Shown here piece by piece: positions 62,092-64,000 of a stretch of DNA of 64,000 nucleotides (the stretch's first letter is position 1; each line of letters opens with the position of its first letter). Below the pieces are notes generated by a model. The model was not told where the DNA came from. It worked only from the letters and a program-made list of their open reading frames with translations, and made no database searches. The position numbers and the translations under genes were made by a program. Source of the stretch: an uncultured delta proteobacterium (lineage in GTDB: Bacteria; Myxococcota_A; UBA9160; UBA4427); contig CAWGJT010000009.1 in NCBI GenBank assembly GCA_963822965.1, positions 16,020-80,019 of the forward strand, in the 5' to 3' direction.

Positions 62092-62873
62092 ACGGCGGCG
62101 AGCGCCCCGGCGCTCTCCTCGCAACCGGGCTGCGAGCCTTGCGCGCGGCCGGGCGCCAGCTCGAGTGGCGCGCCCTGCGGCTCGGGCGCGGACGCTGTCC
62201 GCTCTGCGACGGGCGCTTCTTCGTCCGCTTCTCGCGGGATCTCCTGGGAACCCGGTGCCTCGCCTGTGGCGCGTCTCCCATCTCCACCGCCATCGGCTCG
62301 GTGGTGGGTCGCCGGGTCCCCGACCTCGCCCAGGCCCGGGTCCTGGAGCTCTCGTCCCGCGGTCCCTTCCACGCCTTCCTCCGGCGCACCCTGGCGGGTG
62401 GTCGCGGCGCGCTCACGGACTGCGAGTACTTCGACGATCTCGAGCCGGGAGGCTGGCGCGACGGCGTCCAGTGCCAGGACGTGCAGCGCCTCACCTACGC
62501 CGACGCCTCGTTCGACCTGTGCACGAGCACCGAGGTCTTCGAGCACGTCCCGGACGACGCCCGGGGCTTCGGCGAGCTCTTCCGGGTGCTGGCGCCCGGG
62601 GGCTTGCTGGTCTTCACGGTGCCCCTCTCGTCCCGGGAGGAGACCGTCGAGCGCGCTCGTCGGGTGGACGGCGCGCTCGTCCACCTGCAGGAGCCCAGCT
62701 ACCACGACGACCTCATCCGCGGCGCCGCACGGGTGCTCGTCTACCGCGACTACGGCCGCGACGTGACCACCCGGGTCGCCCGAGCGGGATTCGCGGACGC
62801 ACGCATCGAGAGCGTCCCGGACCCGGCGGGCTTCGGATGCGTCGCCCAGGTGGTGGTGGCGCGCAAGCCCTGA
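62082..62873 (+). CDS. Class I SAM-dependent methyltransferase with N-terminal CxxC/CxxC
   Basis: CPLC...CLAC, DVQRLTYADASFD, EVFEHVPD, RVLAPGG, FTVP; start uncertain. Confidence 0.8.
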   Translation: MVVDGGERPGALLATGLRALRAAGRQLEWRALRLGRGRCPLCDGRFFVRFSRDLLGTRCLACGASPISTAIGSVVGRRVPDLAQARVLELSSRGPFHAFLRRTLAGGRGALTDCEYFDDLEPGGWRDGVQCQDVQRLTYADASFDLCTSTEVFEHVPDDARGFGELFRVLAPGGLLVFTVPLSSREETVERARRVDGALVHLQEPSYHDDLIRGAARVLVYRDYGRDVTTRVARAGFADARIESVPDPAGFGCVAQVVVARKP

Positions 62874-62880
62874 GCGCTCA

Positions 62881-63039
62881 GAGCCTGTGAAGGAATCCTC
62901 GACCGAGTCAGGCGCTGCGCCGGTGGGTCGGATGCAAGGCGCGACGACGAGGCGTAGCGCGCCTACGGCGAGGAGGAGCAACGCCGCAGACGGCCCGCCG
63001 CCGCGAGCCTGGCGACCGAGAGGATTCCTTCACAGGCTC
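62881..63039. mobile_element. 159-bp non-autonomous MITE-like element
   Basis: Perfect 20-bp inverted termini GAGCCTGTGAAGGAATCCTC (62881-62900) and GAGGATTCCTTCACAGGCTC (63020-63039); TCA on both flanks (62878-62880, 63040-63042). Confidence 0.85.
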
Positions 63040-64000
63040 TCAGTCCCGCGGCACCCACAGCGTGCCCGACCGGATGTGCGCGCCGGAGATGGGAACGAAG
63101 AGGTTCACGTCCTCGAAGAGGAAGCCCTGCAGCCGGTAGTGCTGCTCGAGGAAGCCGTCTCCCAGGTAGCGCCGCACGAAGGCGGTGTTGCTGTCGACGA
63201 TCGCCGCGAAGCGCCGGTCGGCGACCGCCCGGCGGTAGGACTCGAGGAGCGGCGCGGCACCGGCCAGACCGCTCCTGGCCCAGTCCGAGACGGGCATCTG
63301 GTGGGCGTAGACGCGCTTGCCCGCGCGGCCGGCCAGGTAGCCTTCGACGGGCATCAGCACCTCGCCGTCCAGGGCCGCGATCCGCGCCTGCAGGGCGCGG
63401 CCGGCGGCCCGGTCGGCGGGACCCGGCACCCAGCCCCGGGGCACCCGGAAGAGCACCGCCAGCTGCAGCGCCAGCGCGAGGGCGACGACGAGGCCCAGCC
63501 GACGGGCGGCGGCCGGGGACGCGAAGCGGGCCTGCAGGCGGGCGATTCCGACGCCGGTCATCACGGCGAGCCAGGCGTAGGTGGGGATCAGGTTGTTCGC
63601 TGCCCCGCCCACCTTGAGACGCGGAATCAGCGAGGCGAGCAGCACGCCGACGAGCGCCACGACGTAGAAGCCGTCCCATGCGCGAACGGATTCCGGCCTT
63701 CCATCGGGCTCCGACCGGAGCAGCAGCAGCCAGGCGACCGTCGCCACACACAGAACCGGCACCGCCAGCAGCAGGTCGTGCCCGAAGAAGACGCCGAAGC
63801 GGCCGGCCTGGATGCTGTGCCTCTGCTGCACGCTCACGATGTGGACGAGGAAGTGCTCGTCGACGATCCCGTTCAGCAGCAGGGTGGCGGTGCCCACGCC
63901 CGCCGCCAGCGGGAGGCCATACCACACGAAGCGCTGCCACTCGGCGAAGCGGCGCAGAGATCGGCCGTGGGCGCGCCAGTCCGCCCACGCACACCAGAGG
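63040..64000 (-). CDS. Membrane protein, probable GT-C glycosyltransferase (start lies outside window)
   Basis: Several TM helices, KVGGAANNLIP, C-terminal soluble domain; frame appears open towards the window edge. Confidence 0.55.
   Translation of the reverse strand, partial: LWCAWADWRAHGRSLRRFAEWQRFVWYGLPLAAGVGTATLLLNGIVDEHFLVHIVSVQQRHSIQAGRFGVFFGHDLLLAVPVLCVATVAWLLLLRSEPDGRPESVRAWDGFYVVALVGVLLASLIPRLKVGGAANNLIPTYAWLAVMTGVGIARLQARFASPAAARRLGLVVALALALQLAVLFRVPRGWVPGPADRAAGRALQARIAALDGEVLMPVEGYLAGRAGKRVYAHQMPVSDWARSGLAGAAPLLESYRRAVADRRFAAIVDSNTAFVRRYLGDGFLEQHYRLQGFLFEDVNLFVPISGAHIRSGTLWVPRD

Noticed and set aside
62881-63039. Simple bidirectional terminator or tRNA
   Set aside because: No U tracts or cloverleaf; distant perfect inverted termini plus a 3-bp duplication fit a MITE better

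Overview
Very GC-rich bacterial chromosomal segment. The gene content (REC-DUF4388-like/DnaJ/TPR hybrid, PilZ protein, PEP-CTERM protein, many lipoprotein 'sulfatases') suggests a Myxococcota/deltaproteobacterial organism; this is inference. A housekeeping core (hspQ, ilvE, mtnA, gatCAB, DEAD helicase, larE, ddl) is flanked by large cell-envelope and glycosylation clusters. Many conserved genes are split by single-base frameshifts, most likely long-read errors, so several coordinates are reconstructed across frames. Highlights: (1) a ~31 kb putative surface-protein glycosylation locus with a PEP-CTERM protein, two PrsT-like TPR lipoproteins, several GT-C enzymes and an AglB/STT3-like oligosaccharyltransferase whose WWDYG motif reads HPNLG; (2) five sulfatase-fold paralogues sharing a C-terminal LxALGY motif, four of which visibly have Thr in place of the formylglycine Cys/Ser; (3) a 67-bp-period repeat array behind the PEP-CTERM terminator; (4) a 159-bp MITE with perfect 20-bp terminal inverted repeats and a TCA target duplication; (5) an RHH/Zn-finger gene with phased heptamers over its own promoter; (6) a 5-copy short repeat at the ilvE stop. 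No rRNA, tRNA, CRISPR array or transposase was recognised. All calls were made by eye; no database searches were run.
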